A DNA stretch of 64,000 nucleotides. Origin: Octopus sinensis. Lineage: Eukaryota. The stretch spans positions 115,506,001 through 115,570,000 of the forward strand of contig NC_043003.1 in NCBI RefSeq assembly GCF_006345805.1, given 5' to 3'. The position numbers and the translations under genes were made by a program. The notes beneath the pieces are model-generated. The model was not told the origin of the DNA, searched no databases, and worked only from the letters and a program-made list of their open reading frames with translations. Every line of letters begins with the position of its first letter. Positions within the stretch are counted from its first letter, which is position 1. Below, in pieces: positions 38,721 to 52,960 of this stretch.

Positions 38721-39093
38721 TCTTTATATATAAAAGTGAGGTTGTGTGCTGTCTGTCTCCTACGATTTAGATTCCTAACTACTCCCACATTTTGCGGTGC
38801 AGTTTAACCAAAACCGGGTATCTTATAGTGGTGATTCCTATCGAGCCCTTCTGTGTATTAGCGCGCGTCTACGATGAGTCTACGATTTAAAAAAAAAATT
38901 ACCATCAATTTTTCCCATTTTTAATGCATTTTTGGCATATATAAGGGAAGTATCTCTCTAAAAATTTATTATTAAATCTCAGAACGTAAAAAGCTACAGC
39001 CATATTGAGATGGCTATTATACTTTACATCTCTAAAAATGCTTATATAGATATTTCCCTTACAAACCCGAGCAACGCCGGGCGATACTGCTAG
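38721..39093 (+). mobile_element. Non-autonomous Helitron-like element
   Basis: A|TC start, the same subterminal hairpin, and CTAG|T end. Confidence 0.88.
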
Positions 39094-39874
39094 TACTATA
39101 TAAAGGTGCAATCTGTATGTATGAAGTTGAATTCTGTGTGTATATTCCAAATTGCAGTTCTCAGTCCAGAAGCCGAAATCTTGCTTAGTTTAAGATGATG
39201 TTATTTCCGTGGAATATGTTTTTCTTGCATCAAAAAGGAACACTGACAATTGCCCAAAGTTTCTGTTAAAAAAGTGAAATAAATAATTTCGAATTGGTAT
39301 AAAACTTCGATAATTATTCTGATAAAATGTTTTTTGAGAGAGAAAATAAAGGTAATTGTTAATTGTAACTTCTGCGTTTTTGCAGGTGTTTATTACTTTC
39401 AGATTTAATAATTTTCTAAAATATTTTCGCATAGCAAACCCAAGTAAATCAGTATTCTAGGAAAAAAATGAAGCTTATCTTTTCCTTCATTAAAAAAATT
39501 ACCGAAAATATAGGGAACGAAATTGATTTTGTTAATATTACTCATATATATTAATGTATGAGGTCAATCTGAAGCGCTCTGATTTTGTAAGAATCGAAAA
39601 GTGAATTTCATTCAACTTTATACTAATAATACTCGCCAATATTAAAGATAATATATAAAGAATGAGTCGATGTTTCAATGCAAAACATGTTATGAAAGTA
39701 GTTTGGTTGGATGGCAGTAACTGTTATGGCTGGTAATCACTATGTTACTTCAAGAATCTCGAGTTGATTAAAAATCAAAATCCAGCTGCTATGATTCCAA
39801 GATAGGAGAAGGTATATATCTGATTAGGAATTAAGTTAATCGTAATTTCCTTATAATAATCCCTTCAAAATGAG

Positions 39875-39926
39875 ATACAACCACCACCACCGCCACCACA
39901 ACCAACACCACCACCATCACTACTAT

Positions 39927-39994
<68 letters not shown>

Positions 39995-40048
39995 TTACTA
40001 CTACTACTGTTGCTGCTACTGCCACTACTACTACTACTACTACTACTA

Positions 40049-40092
<44 letters not shown>

Positions 40093-40315
40093 ATACTAAT
40101 ACTGCTGCTAGTACTACTACTGATGGTGCTGCTGCCACTGCTGCTGCTACTGCTACTACTACTACTACTATACTACTACTACTACTACTACTACTACTGC
40201 TACTACTACTACTACCACTACAACTTCTTTCTCTGTCACTGCTTCTGCGGCTGTAGTGTCAGAAAATTTTGCGACTGACGCGGATAACACTATAACTGCT
40301 GCTGCTGCTGCTGCT
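39875..40315. repeat. Compound trinucleotide tract (CAC/TAC/TAA/TGC)
   Basis: Directly visible. Confidence 0.92.
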
Positions 40316-40515
40316 ATTTCGAGTATGAACTCCACAACCTCGTCCAATAGCGAAGACGGTGTTCAGTGATGATAATTTCATCTGTGGTCAGAGCGATGGA
40401 CGACAGTGAGGGTTAAAGTGCCAGGCGCAAATCCGGTTGATTCCATAAGAAATGTGAAGGACGTGAAAGAAAAATACGTTAAAACATCAAATGTCACTAT
40501 AAACTCTCTACACAT

Positions 40516-40748
40516 ACTCTTTACTCTTCTACTTTGTTTCAGTCATTTGATTGCGGCCATGCTGGAGCACCGCCTTAAATCGAGCAACTCGACCCCAGGA
40601 CTTATTCTTTGTTAGCCCAGTACTTATTCTATCGGCCTCTTTTTGCCGAACCACTAAGTGACGGGGACGTAAAGACACCAGCATCGGTTGTCAAGCAATG
40701 CTAGTGTGACAAACACAGACACACAAACACACAAACACACACACACAT

Positions 40749-40783
<35 letters not shown>

Positions 40784-40950
40784 CATATATACGGCAGGCT
40801 TCTTTCAGTTTCCGTCTACCAAATCCACTCACAAGGCCTTGGTGGGTCCGGGGCTATAGCAGAAGACACTTGCCCAAGATGCCACGCAGTGGGACTGAAC
40901 CCGGAACCATGTGGTTGGTAAGCACGCTACTAACCACACAGCCACTCCTG
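40516..40950 (-). mobile_element. SINE family A, full length
   Basis: Matches the family consensus. Confidence 0.9.
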
Positions 40951-41265
40951 GCACATGTTGTGCCAATGGAACAAGCATAGATGACAGATCACCAAAGCGC
41001 TATGGACACAGCATAGGCCTTTCTGTAATCCAGGTCGGCCGCATTCATTGGTCTCAGTTTCGTTTCGTTGATCCAAATTTCGATAAATTTCTTCATATTC
41101 CTGGTAAATTCTTCATCACATAGATTAAAGGTGAACGTTAGGGCAAGAAAATTGCATCACGTGATTACCGTTAATTCCGAAAACTCATTCCCACAGATTC
41201 CGGTGTGCATGATCAACATGCATCACTTCCATTCCGCTATATCAGTGTGGTGTGTGTATGTTACG

Positions 41266-41385
41266 TCGCACGGCTTAGCGGTTAGAGTATTGCACTCACG
41301 ATCACGAGATCGTGGTTTCAATTCCTAGACCGGATGGTGCGTTGGGTTTTTGAGCGAAAACACTTCCTCACATGTTGCTCAGCGA
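41266..41385 (+). mobile_element. tRNA-derived SINE family C fragment
   Basis: ggcttagcggttagagtattgcactcacgatcacgagatcgtggtttcaattcc has A/B-box-like motifs. Confidence 0.6.
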
Positions 41386-41527
41386 TAGTTTCCTCACCCG
41401 GTGCGTTGGACACCTGATCTGACAGGTACAAACATTTAATCACTAATAAAAAATCATTTATGCAGGTCGTCCGGTAAAAGCCGAACACTCATATGAGTCC
41501 CTCATATATATATATATATATATAGAA

Positions 41528-41602
41528 TAGCCAGATAACCGAAGAGATTGGTGTTGTGGATTTCCACTTCGGCATCTGAAACTCAGAGTTTTATCTTGAC
41601 TA
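41528..41602 (+). ncRNA. Type-I hammerhead-like motif, family C, copy 3 (dispersed)
   Basis: Same sequence as 29304-29377 except a 1-nt insertion in stem II; followed by (TA)n. Confidence 0.5.
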
Positions 41603-41618
41603 CCGAGTAATGTAACAT

Positions 41619-41664
<46 letters not shown>

Positions 41665-41756
41665 TAGGGAGAGTTTACACAAAAAACAAAAGATGAAGAC
41701 GGGTGGTGTACAAAACAAACAGATGTATTAGTATAACGTTCAGGAATAGGAAAAGT

Positions 41757-41792
41757 CTTTTACGTTTCGAGCATACGCTCTTCTACAGAAAG
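41757..41792 (-). ncRNA. Minimal hammerhead-like motif, family A, copy 2
   Basis: Minus strand: cttt-CTGTAGAA-GAGC(GTAT)GCTC-GAAA-CGT-A-aaag, inside a repeat homologous to 965-1125. Confidence 0.6.
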
Positions 41793-42170
41793 GGATACAG
41801 AGAGAAACAAGGAGAGAAAAAAGGAGAGATATTGATGAACATCAATTGACCTACATCAGTTATTATTTATTGATTCAATGGAAACTACTGTTTCTGCTTC
41901 CAATGTTGTATGGTATTTGCATTGATATACAAAAATATTCATCAACTTTGGTAATAACACCGATCTGGAACATGGAGCTTCATCAGAGTGAAGAATGAAT
42001 ATATATATTGACACACATTTATATATATATATATATATATATTCATTGACAGGAAAGCAAGACTATTTCGTGTTGCTGCCATAAGCAAATTAAAGGTTTA
42101 CAGGTCTATATTGTATCTTACTTTTCTATTAGCATTCTGATATTCTCACTTCTAATTTTTTAACGTTTTA

Positions 42171-42567
42171 TTATTCTTTTACTTGTTTCAGTCATTTGAC
42201 GGCGGCTATGCTGGAGCACCACCTTTAATCAAGCAACTCGACCCCGGGACTTATTCTTTGTAAGCCCAGTACTTATTCTATCGGTCTCTTTTGCCGAACC
42301 GCTAAGCGACGGGGACATAAACACACCAGCATCGGTTGTCAAGCGATGGTAGGGGGACAGACATAAACATACACGCAGACATATACATATATATACATAT
42401 ATACGACGGGATTCTTTCAGTTTCCGTCTACCAAATCCACTCACAAGGCTTTGGTCGGCCCGAGGCTATAGTAGGAGACACTTGCCCAAGGTGCCACGCA
42501 GTGAGACTGAACCCGTAACCATGTTGTTGGTAAGCAAGCTACTTACCACACAGCCACTCCTACGCCT
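42171..42567 (-). mobile_element. SINE family A, full length
   Basis: Matches the family consensus. Confidence 0.9.
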
Positions 42568-43390
42568 ACGACTATGTAGATTTTCCTTAGAATTCAGACC
42601 CAGAAGCCAAGTTTCGTAGACGAATAGGATCATGTAAGTAATAGGTAATGCCTATATACGAATATTTCAAGAATCATTGCACTTTCATCAGCGCAACATC
42701 CAACCCAATAACTATCCCTGAAGCATCGCTTAAATGCCCATTACGTTTAGCGGTGTAACACAATTGTTATACTAACAAGTTTATTAAATGTGTTACATTA
42801 CTAACATTTGCGAGTATTTAAGAAAGGCGTTCATAGATAGTTAATGAGTTGTTATTGGGTCTGAAGAAAAATCAATAACTACTGAAATGTGTATATACAC
42901 TCTTTCCTTATTTTCCAACTTCACTCTCATATCTTACATAGCGGTAACCATAGACAGTACGTGGTAACTTGCAGCGCAGGTTCTGAATAGTATGGATAAT
43001 GTATGAAGACTTAAGAGCGAAAATATCGCACTGCTAACACAAAAGTAATACTCTATATTGACTTGTAACCCTTTGGTACACTTAGTAGACTTTAATTTAA
43101 TATACTATAGTTGCGAAACGCAATACTGTACCCATGCTAGCTATTAATATGTAAGGAACTGTGGCCGAGGATGTATTTAATTTGTAAATTAGTCTGTCCA
43201 ATTCTGAGTATTTAAGCAATGCTATCGTCGTATAGATGATGGATTAGATGTGCGGCCGATAGAGGAGCAATGATTTCTGAAGCATGCATAGTTACCCATT
43301 ACCTATTTGTTATATCGAAGATTGCATCGTTTCCATAGACATATCCGTATACGAAACCTTGTTACGTGCAGTGTTGCCTCTGAATTATTA

Positions 43391-43427
<37 letters not shown>

Positions 43428-44188
43428 ATGTATGTGTGTGTGTATGTGTGTGTATGCAGTTCTTCTTCTTAAACCCATTAAGTCCAAGAGTATTTAAATT
43501 TCCGAATATTACTCTTGATTTTGTACAGATGATTGAAAACAGGTTAAAAATGAAGGAAATAATTCTTTACTCCTTTACTTCATGCATAAATAGAAATACC
43601 TTCCCCGATTTGTTGCTTTCGAAATCTCGCTCAACCGAACGGCATTAAGTGACGCTTATTGCCAGACTACGTTGCAGATTTTTATTGTCTTTTCTGAACT
43701 TTCTGCTTGGCATAAAGGCCATTTGTCATATTGATTGCACAAATTGCGCACAAACTGCCAAATGCTGGTAGTCATAGGGAAAGATGATGACCTACTTATA
43801 TTTTGTGGGCCGAAAACTTTTAGCATTCCTTCCGGGCCTTAATTAGGGCGAACTTATTTATTTTCGGAATGACATGTAAAGCGGAGAAAATAAATGGAAT
43901 AATTCATTTAATCTACATTAATGTCAACAGGGGAATTCGAGTATCAAAGTTTTTCAAATGTCATCAGTAAAACTATGAAACCGCTATTCACTCGGAAATC
44001 TCTCGCTCCATAGAGAATTACAACACTTATTTCTGAAAATATATCAACCGCTACTAAATTTGAAGTTATATCGATATAGATAATGTCTGGTAGCGTAATT
44101 TTAACTTACAGACACCTAAAATTTCTTTCCATGGTAGTATTCAGTTTTATATTGTCTCTAATCTTAAATAGTTCAGGAAAAAGAGAGG

Positions 44189-44590
44189 AGGCGTAGGAGT
44201 GGCTGTGTGGTAAGTAGCTTGATTACGAACCACAGGGTTCCGAGTTCAGTCCCACTGCATGGCACCTTGGGCAAGTGTCTTCTACTATAGCCTCGGGCTG
44301 ACCAGAGCCTTGTGAGTGGATTTGGTAGACGGAAGCTGAAAGAAGCCCGTCGTATATATATATATAAGTGTGTGCGTGTGTTTGTGTGTGTGTCTGTGTT
44401 TGTCCCCCCAACATCGCTCGGCAACCGATGCTGGTGTGTTTACGACCCCGTAACTTAGCGGTTCGGCAAAAGAGTCCGATAGAATAAGTACTAGGCTTAC
44501 AAAGAATAAGTCCTGTGGTCGATTTGCTCGACTAAAGGCGGTGCTCCAGCATGGCCACAGTCAAATAACTGAAACAGGTAAAAGAGTAAA
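44189..44590 (+). mobile_element. SINE family A, full length
   Basis: aggcgtaggagtggctgtgtggtaag..gagttcagtcccactgc head and aaagagtaaa tail. Confidence 0.9.
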
Positions 44591-45349
44591 CAGATGCTCA
44601 ACGGAAATAACTATTCTCTTCAACTCTGCGGTATTATCGCATCTCTGAACGGCACGCAATTTATATATCCTTGATGTTGCCTACAACATTGTTCTTTCAT
44701 ATTCAGGCCAACAACCACCATACAAGATAACTAAGTATTCGTCTCTTTCTAAAGTTTGGAAAGGATTCTACGTATAACGCAAAACATGCGGCAGGATTAT
44801 TTCATTTCATGCGATGTCCGGGAACACTAGTTATACTGAAGTCACCAATATAATTCTTGAAATTAAGATTTCCTATCCGCAAATATGTAACGTTCACAAA
44901 ACCAATGAAAGAATTACATTTTTTATGCAATCAATTTCTTATGTTACCAACTGTAATTTCATTTTTCCTTGTTTCATTTGATTAAGTAACACCGAAATTA
45001 GTTAGAAGAATTCAGTTATATTTGCTGAATAACTTTGTCTACAACAAGGTGCAGCCGATAAATATAAGAATGAAAAATTTATGATTTATGGTACAATAAA
45101 CTTCAACAACGGAAAGAATCTAAATTGTTGAATTTTATAATTTTGGGAGAAAATGTATAAAATATGATTTCGAAGGCAATGGAACCCGTAACACATTATA
45201 ACTGTCGCACAACGGATATATTATTTATTCGCAGAGTCTACACATCATCATACCTGTCGTATTGGTGCCTAATAAATGATCTCAGTTTATATTTCATTAA
45301 AATCATAATCATCATCTCTAATGTTATACGAACCATATCGCCACTGTCA

Positions 45350-45392
45350 AGATGATGATAATAATGATAATGGTGATGATGATGACGGCGAC

Positions 45393-45446
<54 letters not shown>

Positions 45447-45651
45447 AATGATGATGTTCATGACGAACTTTTCTACTATAGGCTTGGAATTTTAGTAGAA
45501 GTAGCTGCAGTCGATTACATTGATTCCAATGTTGAATTGGTACTTATCAGCGCTATCACCATCAGCTATACTACCACTACTACAATCATCATCATCATCA
45601 TTATCATCACCACCATCATCATCATCATCATCATCATCGTCGTCGTCGTCG

Positions 45652-45692
<41 letters not shown>

Positions 45693-45862
45693 TTCATCAT
45701 CATCACCACCACTACCATCACCAGCACTACCACCATCACCATCATCATCATCATCATCATTATCATCATCATCACCACCACTACCATCACCACCACTGCC
45801 ACCATCACCACCATCACCATTATCATCATCATCATCATCATCAGTAGCAGCTGCAGCATCGT
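45350..45862. repeat. (GAT)n and (CAT/CAC)n tracts in inverted orientation
   Basis: (GAT)n at 45350-45457 and (ATC)n-rich sequence at 45560-45862. They explain the poly-D, poly-I, poly-S and poly-M ORFs. Confidence 0.92.
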
Positions 45863-47760
45863 CGTCGTCACGGAGAACCAGAGTCAATAAGTTGAAACTC
45901 ACGACACGAAGCAACGTATTTTTCCTATTATGCCATCTTATTTCCCCATTTTTTTCGTTCAAGTATTCGACAAGTTTCTCAACAACAGTTTCTGATAACT
46001 TTACATGTTATTGGTGAGTTCATGGCTAGAGTTGAAGACAGACATCAAATACGGCCGAGAGAAAGATTGAACCCCGAACGACGTTGTTCAGTACAAATAT
46101 TAAGGGTCAAAGTAAAATGAATATAATATAAAACACTTGGGTCTTTTCAGGCAGAGGTCACCCAGTGCCGGCGGCACATTACTCTGTATCACGTGTTACA
46201 TACCATACTTTTTCTAGATGTCTATGTTCTACTCTACCTCCCTCCCTCCCTCTCTCTCTGTCTCTATTTATCTATCTATCTATATATCTATATATATATA
46301 TATATATATATATGCATATATACATCCATATATACATCCATATATATATATGTATGTATATGAAGTGTATATACATCTGTACAAATTTAAACTCTATTTT
46401 GCGTGTGTGTGTGTGTGTGTGCGTATGTCTGTGTGTGTGCGCGTGTGAGTATGTGTGTTTCTCCCTCTCTCCCTTTATCTCAATCGCCTTTCCTTTCCAT
46501 TTTTTTTTTCTAAAATTTCTTCTTTTCAATCTTCCTTTCTTCTCTTATATCGTGTGCTTAATCAATAACAGCGACTTTCATCCCTTCGGGGAATACTTGG
46601 AAACCAATAACATTTGCCCACTAACTTCCCCAACACACCCTCCTTCCCCATTTTTGTCTGTTACAACATTCCAATCGCTTTCTCCATATACTGCAGATAC
46701 ACTCCCCACCGTTTCCCTCACACTTTCTCTCTCACTCTCACTCGTTCTCTTTCCTCTTCTCCGTTTCTCTCTACCATTCACTCTCACTCTAATTTGCCAA
46801 CGTATACATGTAACGAAATGTACTCATTTAAGCATGAATTTACACAGAAACGCACACATTCAGACGTATAAACATATATACTTATTCGATTCCTTCTTCA
46901 CTTAACAATGTTAGAGAGAACAATCATTTTAATTAAGTTGAATAAGATTAGTCTTAAAATCATGTTCTAATTAGTTTTCAGCGTAATGAAGATTATATTT
47001 CTGCAGCAGTGCGAACTAAAATCTAAGAGAAAAAGTTTTCTATGAAAAAACAAAAATCAATATAACGGAGCACATTTCTCTGCACGATACTAATATACTA
47101 AAAATACAAAAATAGTCATTCACCTACACGTCTATAGCGAAAGTTTTAAAAAGTAAATTACACACAACATGGTTTGGTAATATTATAAATACATTTTAAT
47201 GTAAATAGTTGAGAATTATCACAATTCATTCTGATATGTAATTCAATGTTACTAAACAGGTGTCCGATAGAATGGTTTAATTTCTACGAAAAGAACAGTT
47301 CAAAAAACCAGAATGAATTCAATTGTATAGCCTTCAAAGATCCTAACTTGAAAATGTATTATAAAAATACACGTACCTATGGCAATTATGGCAGTGTTTT
47401 CGTTGGTGGGGGGACAAAACCCCAGGCTTTCTGACCCTGTAGTGTCACATGGAAAAGTCTGCAACAACACAAAGATAACAACATTTTTAAAGATGGGAGG
47501 GAGGAATACCGAGTTATAGTCATTCCGGGCAGGTAAATCATCGATGGACTGTTTGAAACTTCCAAGTCAATATGAATAGCATTCTTGTTTAACAATGATA
47601 AATTTCTACTCTACAAATATATAGAGTAACCCATCATATTAATGTACAATTGTTTTTCATAAAAGTGAACATATATATAAACATACATATACTTATATAT
47701 ACAACCGGTGAATGTGGAATGTGATGTGTATGTAATATTATTATTATAAGAAATTTTTAA

Positions 47761-47990
47761 GGCGGCGAGCTGGCAGAAACGTTAGCACGCCGGGCGAAAT
47801 GCGTAGCCGTATTTCGTCTGTCGTTACGTTCTGAGTTCAAAATCCGCTGAGGTCGACTTTGCCGTTTATCCTTTCGGTGTCGATAAATTAAGTACCAGTT
47901 ACGCACTGGGGTCGATGTAATCGACTTAATCCCTTTGTCTGTCCTTGCTTGTCCCCTGTGTTTAGCCCCTTGCGGGGTAGTAAGGAAATA
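47761..47990 (+). mobile_element. SINE family B, full length
   Basis: ggcggcgagctggcagaaacgttagc head, B-box-like gagttcaaaatcc, central ggtcgactttgcc..atcctttcgg..gtcgataaattaagtacc, and aaggaaata end. Confidence 0.88.
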
Positions 47991-48298
47991 TATTATAAGA
48001 AATATTTACATATATTTGTTTCTTTTAGTATATGTATGAAGTAATATTTCTAAAAGTTTCACATTCGGGTTTTATTTTTTAAGAACAAAAAAAAAAGAGT
48101 CCCTGCGAGGAAGTTTAATTTGAAGAAATTGTTTGTAATCAAGTACTTGTAACATATTTTATTTGCATATGAAGAATTTGCTTCCTGCTGAGCTGGTAAG
48201 GGAAACGTACTGTAACGAAATAGTAAGGATAACAAGAAAAGAAAGAAGCAAAGAAACAATGAGAGAAACAGCGAAAAGCATAGCAAAATACGCAATAT

Positions 48299-48529
48299 TT
48301 ATTTCTTTATTGCCCACAGGGGGCTAAACATAGAAGGGACAAACAAGGACAGACAAACGGATTAAGTCGATTACATCGACCCTAGTGCGTAACTGGTACT
48401 TATTTAATCGACCCCGAAAGGATGAAAGGCAAAGTCGACCTCGGGGGAATTTGAACTCAGAACGTAACGGCAGACAAATTACCGCTAAGCATTTCGCCCG
48501 ACGTGTTAACGATTCTGCCAGCTCGCCGC
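48299..48529 (-). mobile_element. SINE family B, full length, inverted relative to 47761-47990
   Basis: Reverse complement of the same consensus. Confidence 0.88.
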
Positions 48530-49725
48530 ATTATAGCAAAATACACAATATTTTTCTGTGGTTGGAATCGGTACATTGGTATATTAGTTGAGGTATGGGC
48601 GAACTCTGCTGGGCAACAAGAAAGATTCATTCACCTGTGTTTCCGTGTTGTTTGTTAGTTGTCTGAAATTACTATGATGAACTATTTATATTTGCTGTCA
48701 ATTGATTCAGTTTCGGCAGCAATTTTTCGCACATGATTTATTAACAAAACAGATAATTTTCATGATTCCTTGACACATGTTTAACACCAACCGAAATCCC
48801 AAATATCAATCGATATTTTAAAACGAAGGAAAATGTACGAACTGATTTTTTTTTTCTTTTCAGATATTTTCCTTGGCACACATTTATGAATTACCTAGTT
48901 TTCTTCATCTTAAATCTGTAACAAAATAAAACCATCATTTCCATTTGGCTGATAAACCAGTCTATTAGCAGGATGAGAGATGTTAAATCGCTAGTTAGTA
49001 CTTTCAGATGCCTTCCAATCGCTCCTCGTTGTAGTTTTGTTAGATTTCACAACGTTTATTTATTATTATGCATTTGTAACTTGCAAGCAGGTCAAATTAG
49101 ATTAAGTCATATCGTAGGACATCACGTGATAAGAGTTTCAAGAATCTCAACCAAGTTCAGACTTTGCTGCATTTGTTGCATAGACGATATTCTAGCCGTG
49201 TAGGCATAACATTCAAATTCATAATTGTCGGTGAATATATCAGTCTTATTTAACAATTTTACGTTAAATATAAAACGGTTTTGGTACACACCGAGAACAG
49301 TTGTTAGAAAATAGTTCTTTATGAATCTACTATATTATGATTAGAACAAAAAGCCTAACAAATTACGTAATATTTCGATGTTGATAGGTGAAATATACGG
49401 CAACATTATATTATGTGGCTGTCACTGGGTTTTCTAAATTCAATTTCCAATAACTGGAATACAGCGAAGAGTATTAGCTCAAGTAAAAAGTTCATATGAA
49501 AGCCAAATCGAACCCATCAGAGTTTTATAGGGTTAAATTATCGAATACAAAATATTTTAGAATGATTCAATCTGTAGTTGGATAGATATAAGACTGCCAT
49601 TTGGGGTGCAGGATTCATAAATTAGGAATCGCAAAAATCACTGCTCCAAAATCCTCAAGAATTGTTTTTGCTGTGTTTTGGGTAATATTTAAAAGGATAT
49701 GATATTTTATTTTCATATAACTCCC

Positions 49726-50100
49726 TTTACTCTTTTACTCTTTTACTTGTTTCAGTCATTTGATTGTGGCCATACTGGAGCACCACCTTTTAGTCGAGCA
49801 AATTGACCCCAGAACTTATTCTTTGTAAGCCTAGTACTTATTCTATCCGCCTCTCTTGCCGAACCACTAGATTACGTGGGCGTAAACACACCAGCATCGG
49901 TTGTCAAGTGATGTTGGGGGGACAAACAAAGACACACAAACATATACACACATAAATATACGATGGCTTCTTTCAGTTTCCATCTACCAAATCAACTCAC
50001 AAGGCTTTGGTTGGCCCGAGGCTATAGTAGAAGATACTTGCCCAAGGTGCCACGCAGTGAGACTGAACCAAGAATCCATGTGGTTTGTAAGCAAGCTACT
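49726..50100 (-). mobile_element. SINE family A, near full length
   Basis: Matches the family consensus; short internal microsatellite. Confidence 0.88.
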
Positions 50101-50408
50101 TGAGATTTTATCATTGGAATAAATTCTACAATGAAATCTACATTGAAATAAAAAGTAGAACATTAAGCTTAAGAAGAATTGAAAATAAATATCATTTCAT
50201 AGTGAAAGATTATATGACTATATTTAAGACATATTGAGCGGGAAGGTAATGATTGGATACTAAGCTGCGTATAAAAGTATTGCGTTAATAAGGACAACGT
50301 TCTTGATGATAATGGAGACTCACAAATTTCTATGTACGTTTTTTTATAAGACATGTGAGGGAACAACAAGCAGGTGCATTAGTTTGTTGCACAGGAATAA
50401 TGGAAAAG

Positions 50409-50446
50409 TCTATGACGCTTCGAGCCTACGCTCTTCAACAGAAAGA
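50409..50446 (-). ncRNA. Minimal hammerhead-like motif, family A, copy 3 (degenerate)
   Basis: Minus strand: tcttt-CTGTTGAA-GAGC(GTAG)GCTC-GAAG-CGT-C-ataga. A15.1 is changed to G and stem I has one mismatch. Confidence 0.45.
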
Positions 50447-50825
50447 TTTGAGAGGAAAAAATATTGAGAGAGAAAAAATTATGCCAGATTAACTGTTTAA
50501 CATATATATATATACATGTCATTATTCAGTTTCATTTCAAGATTTGTTGCCAATAGTGAAACAGCTTGTTTCTAACATAGACCCAAAGCACTTTCATTGT
50601 ATGTATGTATGTATGTACCTATCAATCTATCAATCTATGTATCTATCTTTATATATAAATTATATGGTTATGGACAATTTGTCGAATTTCGGCATATTTG
50701 GCATTATAAATTTTTTTCGTTTCCCCTTATTTATAAGTTGATTATAAATTTAACCTTTAAAGGTATTTTTAATATGCTGGCCATTGATAAAACTTTTTCG
50801 AAAAAATTTATCCTACATTAAATAA

Positions 50826-50871
<46 letters not shown>

Positions 50872-50892
50872 TATATATATATATATATATAG

Positions 50893-50930
<38 letters not shown>

Positions 50931-51304
50931 GAGAGAGAGAGAGATACGTGTGGTGGTTGTGTGTGTGTGTGGTGTGTGTGTATGTATGTATGCATATATG
51001 TATGTATGTATATGTATGTATGTTGTATGTATGTATGTATGTATGTATGTATGTATGTATGTATGTATGTATAGAGAAGAAAAATAATCCAGGATATCCC
51101 TTAGCAATTCATAGAGGAGGTTGTCTCGCCAAGCATCCAGGTAAGTGAATAAAGTCCAATCGATCGGAAAGACGACAATATCCTATCCAGTATGCATAAT
51201 ATTCGTCCGCATATTTATATATTATGAAAATATATTACACGAACACATATCTACAAACATATATATATATATAGATTCAGTTACCTATATATACATATAT
51301 ATGG

Positions 51305-51356
<52 letters not shown>

Positions 51357-51644
51357 AATATATATTTATATGTGTGTATATCTATGTATATTGTATATAT
51401 GTATGTAATATACCATTTATATTGATTAATTGAAAGTTTGTTATCCTTAATTATCCAAAATTGTATGACTACATCAACACATGCATAGGTTTGAACAACC
51501 ATCGATACCTTAATGTTATACACCACGCACATTATGCATGTAGATATGTATATATATATCTAAATATATATGTATATATCTATATATATACCATATATAT
51601 ATAAATGTGCATACATATACACACACTCATATATATATATACGT

Positions 51645-51693
<49 letters not shown>

Positions 51694-51713
51694 AATATAT
51701 ATACATATACAAT

Positions 51714-51767
<54 letters not shown>

Positions 51768-52175
51768 GTGTGTGTGTGTGTGGTGTGTGTGTGTGTGTGT
51801 TTGTGTGTGTGTTTATATATGTATATATGTGTGTGTATGTATTATGTATACGTGTGTTTCCGTGTCATTATATGTCTGCATAGAATATTTCAATTGCCTT
51901 CATTTTATTCGCATGTCAGTATTATATATTTATGTACGCACGTACGTATATATGTATGTATATTTGGTGCAACTGTGTAGTTCTCCAAACGTGAATTACA
52001 CATTGTGTTCAATTAAATATATTGTCAATGTTCTCCCCAGCGAAATTTAAACATGAATACACACACCACAGCCATATAAAATATATTGAAACATATGTAT
52101 ATATATATATATATATTATATATATTATATAATATATATGCGTATTATGTACATACATACGTCCAAATATATATA

Positions 52176-52208
<33 letters not shown>

Positions 52209-52628
52209 GTATGTATTTGTGTATATGTCTGTGTATTTATATATGATTGTCACCGTCTATGTGCGTGTGTGTGTGTGTGCGTGTCTGTGTGTGCGTCTTT
52301 GAAAGCTGATCAGAATGATTATGATGATTGTAATGTGCATGAATTTAACAAAAGAGTTAAATGTATTTATACAATTGAAACTAATGAACGTTATAATTAG
52401 TAATTTTGCGCTGCCGAGAAATATTATCAGCGTAATTATTTCATTATCGACGCTAAGAAGTATCTAAACCGTATTCTTTCTTTACTTCGCATATTTTATT
52501 GCTATTTCTATACTTCTGTTTCCTAATTATTATTGCTGTTGCTCTTGTTATAATAGTAGTAGTAGTAGTAGTAGTTGTAGTAGTAGTAATATTAACAATA
52601 GTAATAGTAATAATAATAATAATAACAG

Positions 52629-52663
<35 letters not shown>

Positions 52664-52715
52664 TAATAATAATAATAATAATGATGATAGTAATAAATTA
52701 TTATTATTATTATTA

Positions 52716-52756
<41 letters not shown>

Positions 52757-52764
52757 TTATTAAG

Positions 52765-52960
52765 ACGGTGAGCTAGCTGGCCATTACCGCGCCGCATAAA
52801 ATGCGTACCGTTATTTTGTCCGTCTTGAAGTTCTGAGTTTCAATCTCCATGAAGGTTGACTTTGTTTTTCGCCATTCTTGTTATCAATGAAATAGTTACT
52901 GGGAACGCTGTGGAATCGTTCCAATTGATTCGCCAACCTCCAAGTCTTGCGCCTGCAACG
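52765..52960 (+). mobile_element. SINE family B, degenerate
   Basis: agacggtgagctagc..gttctgagtt..aaggttgactttg is recognisable. Confidence 0.6.
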
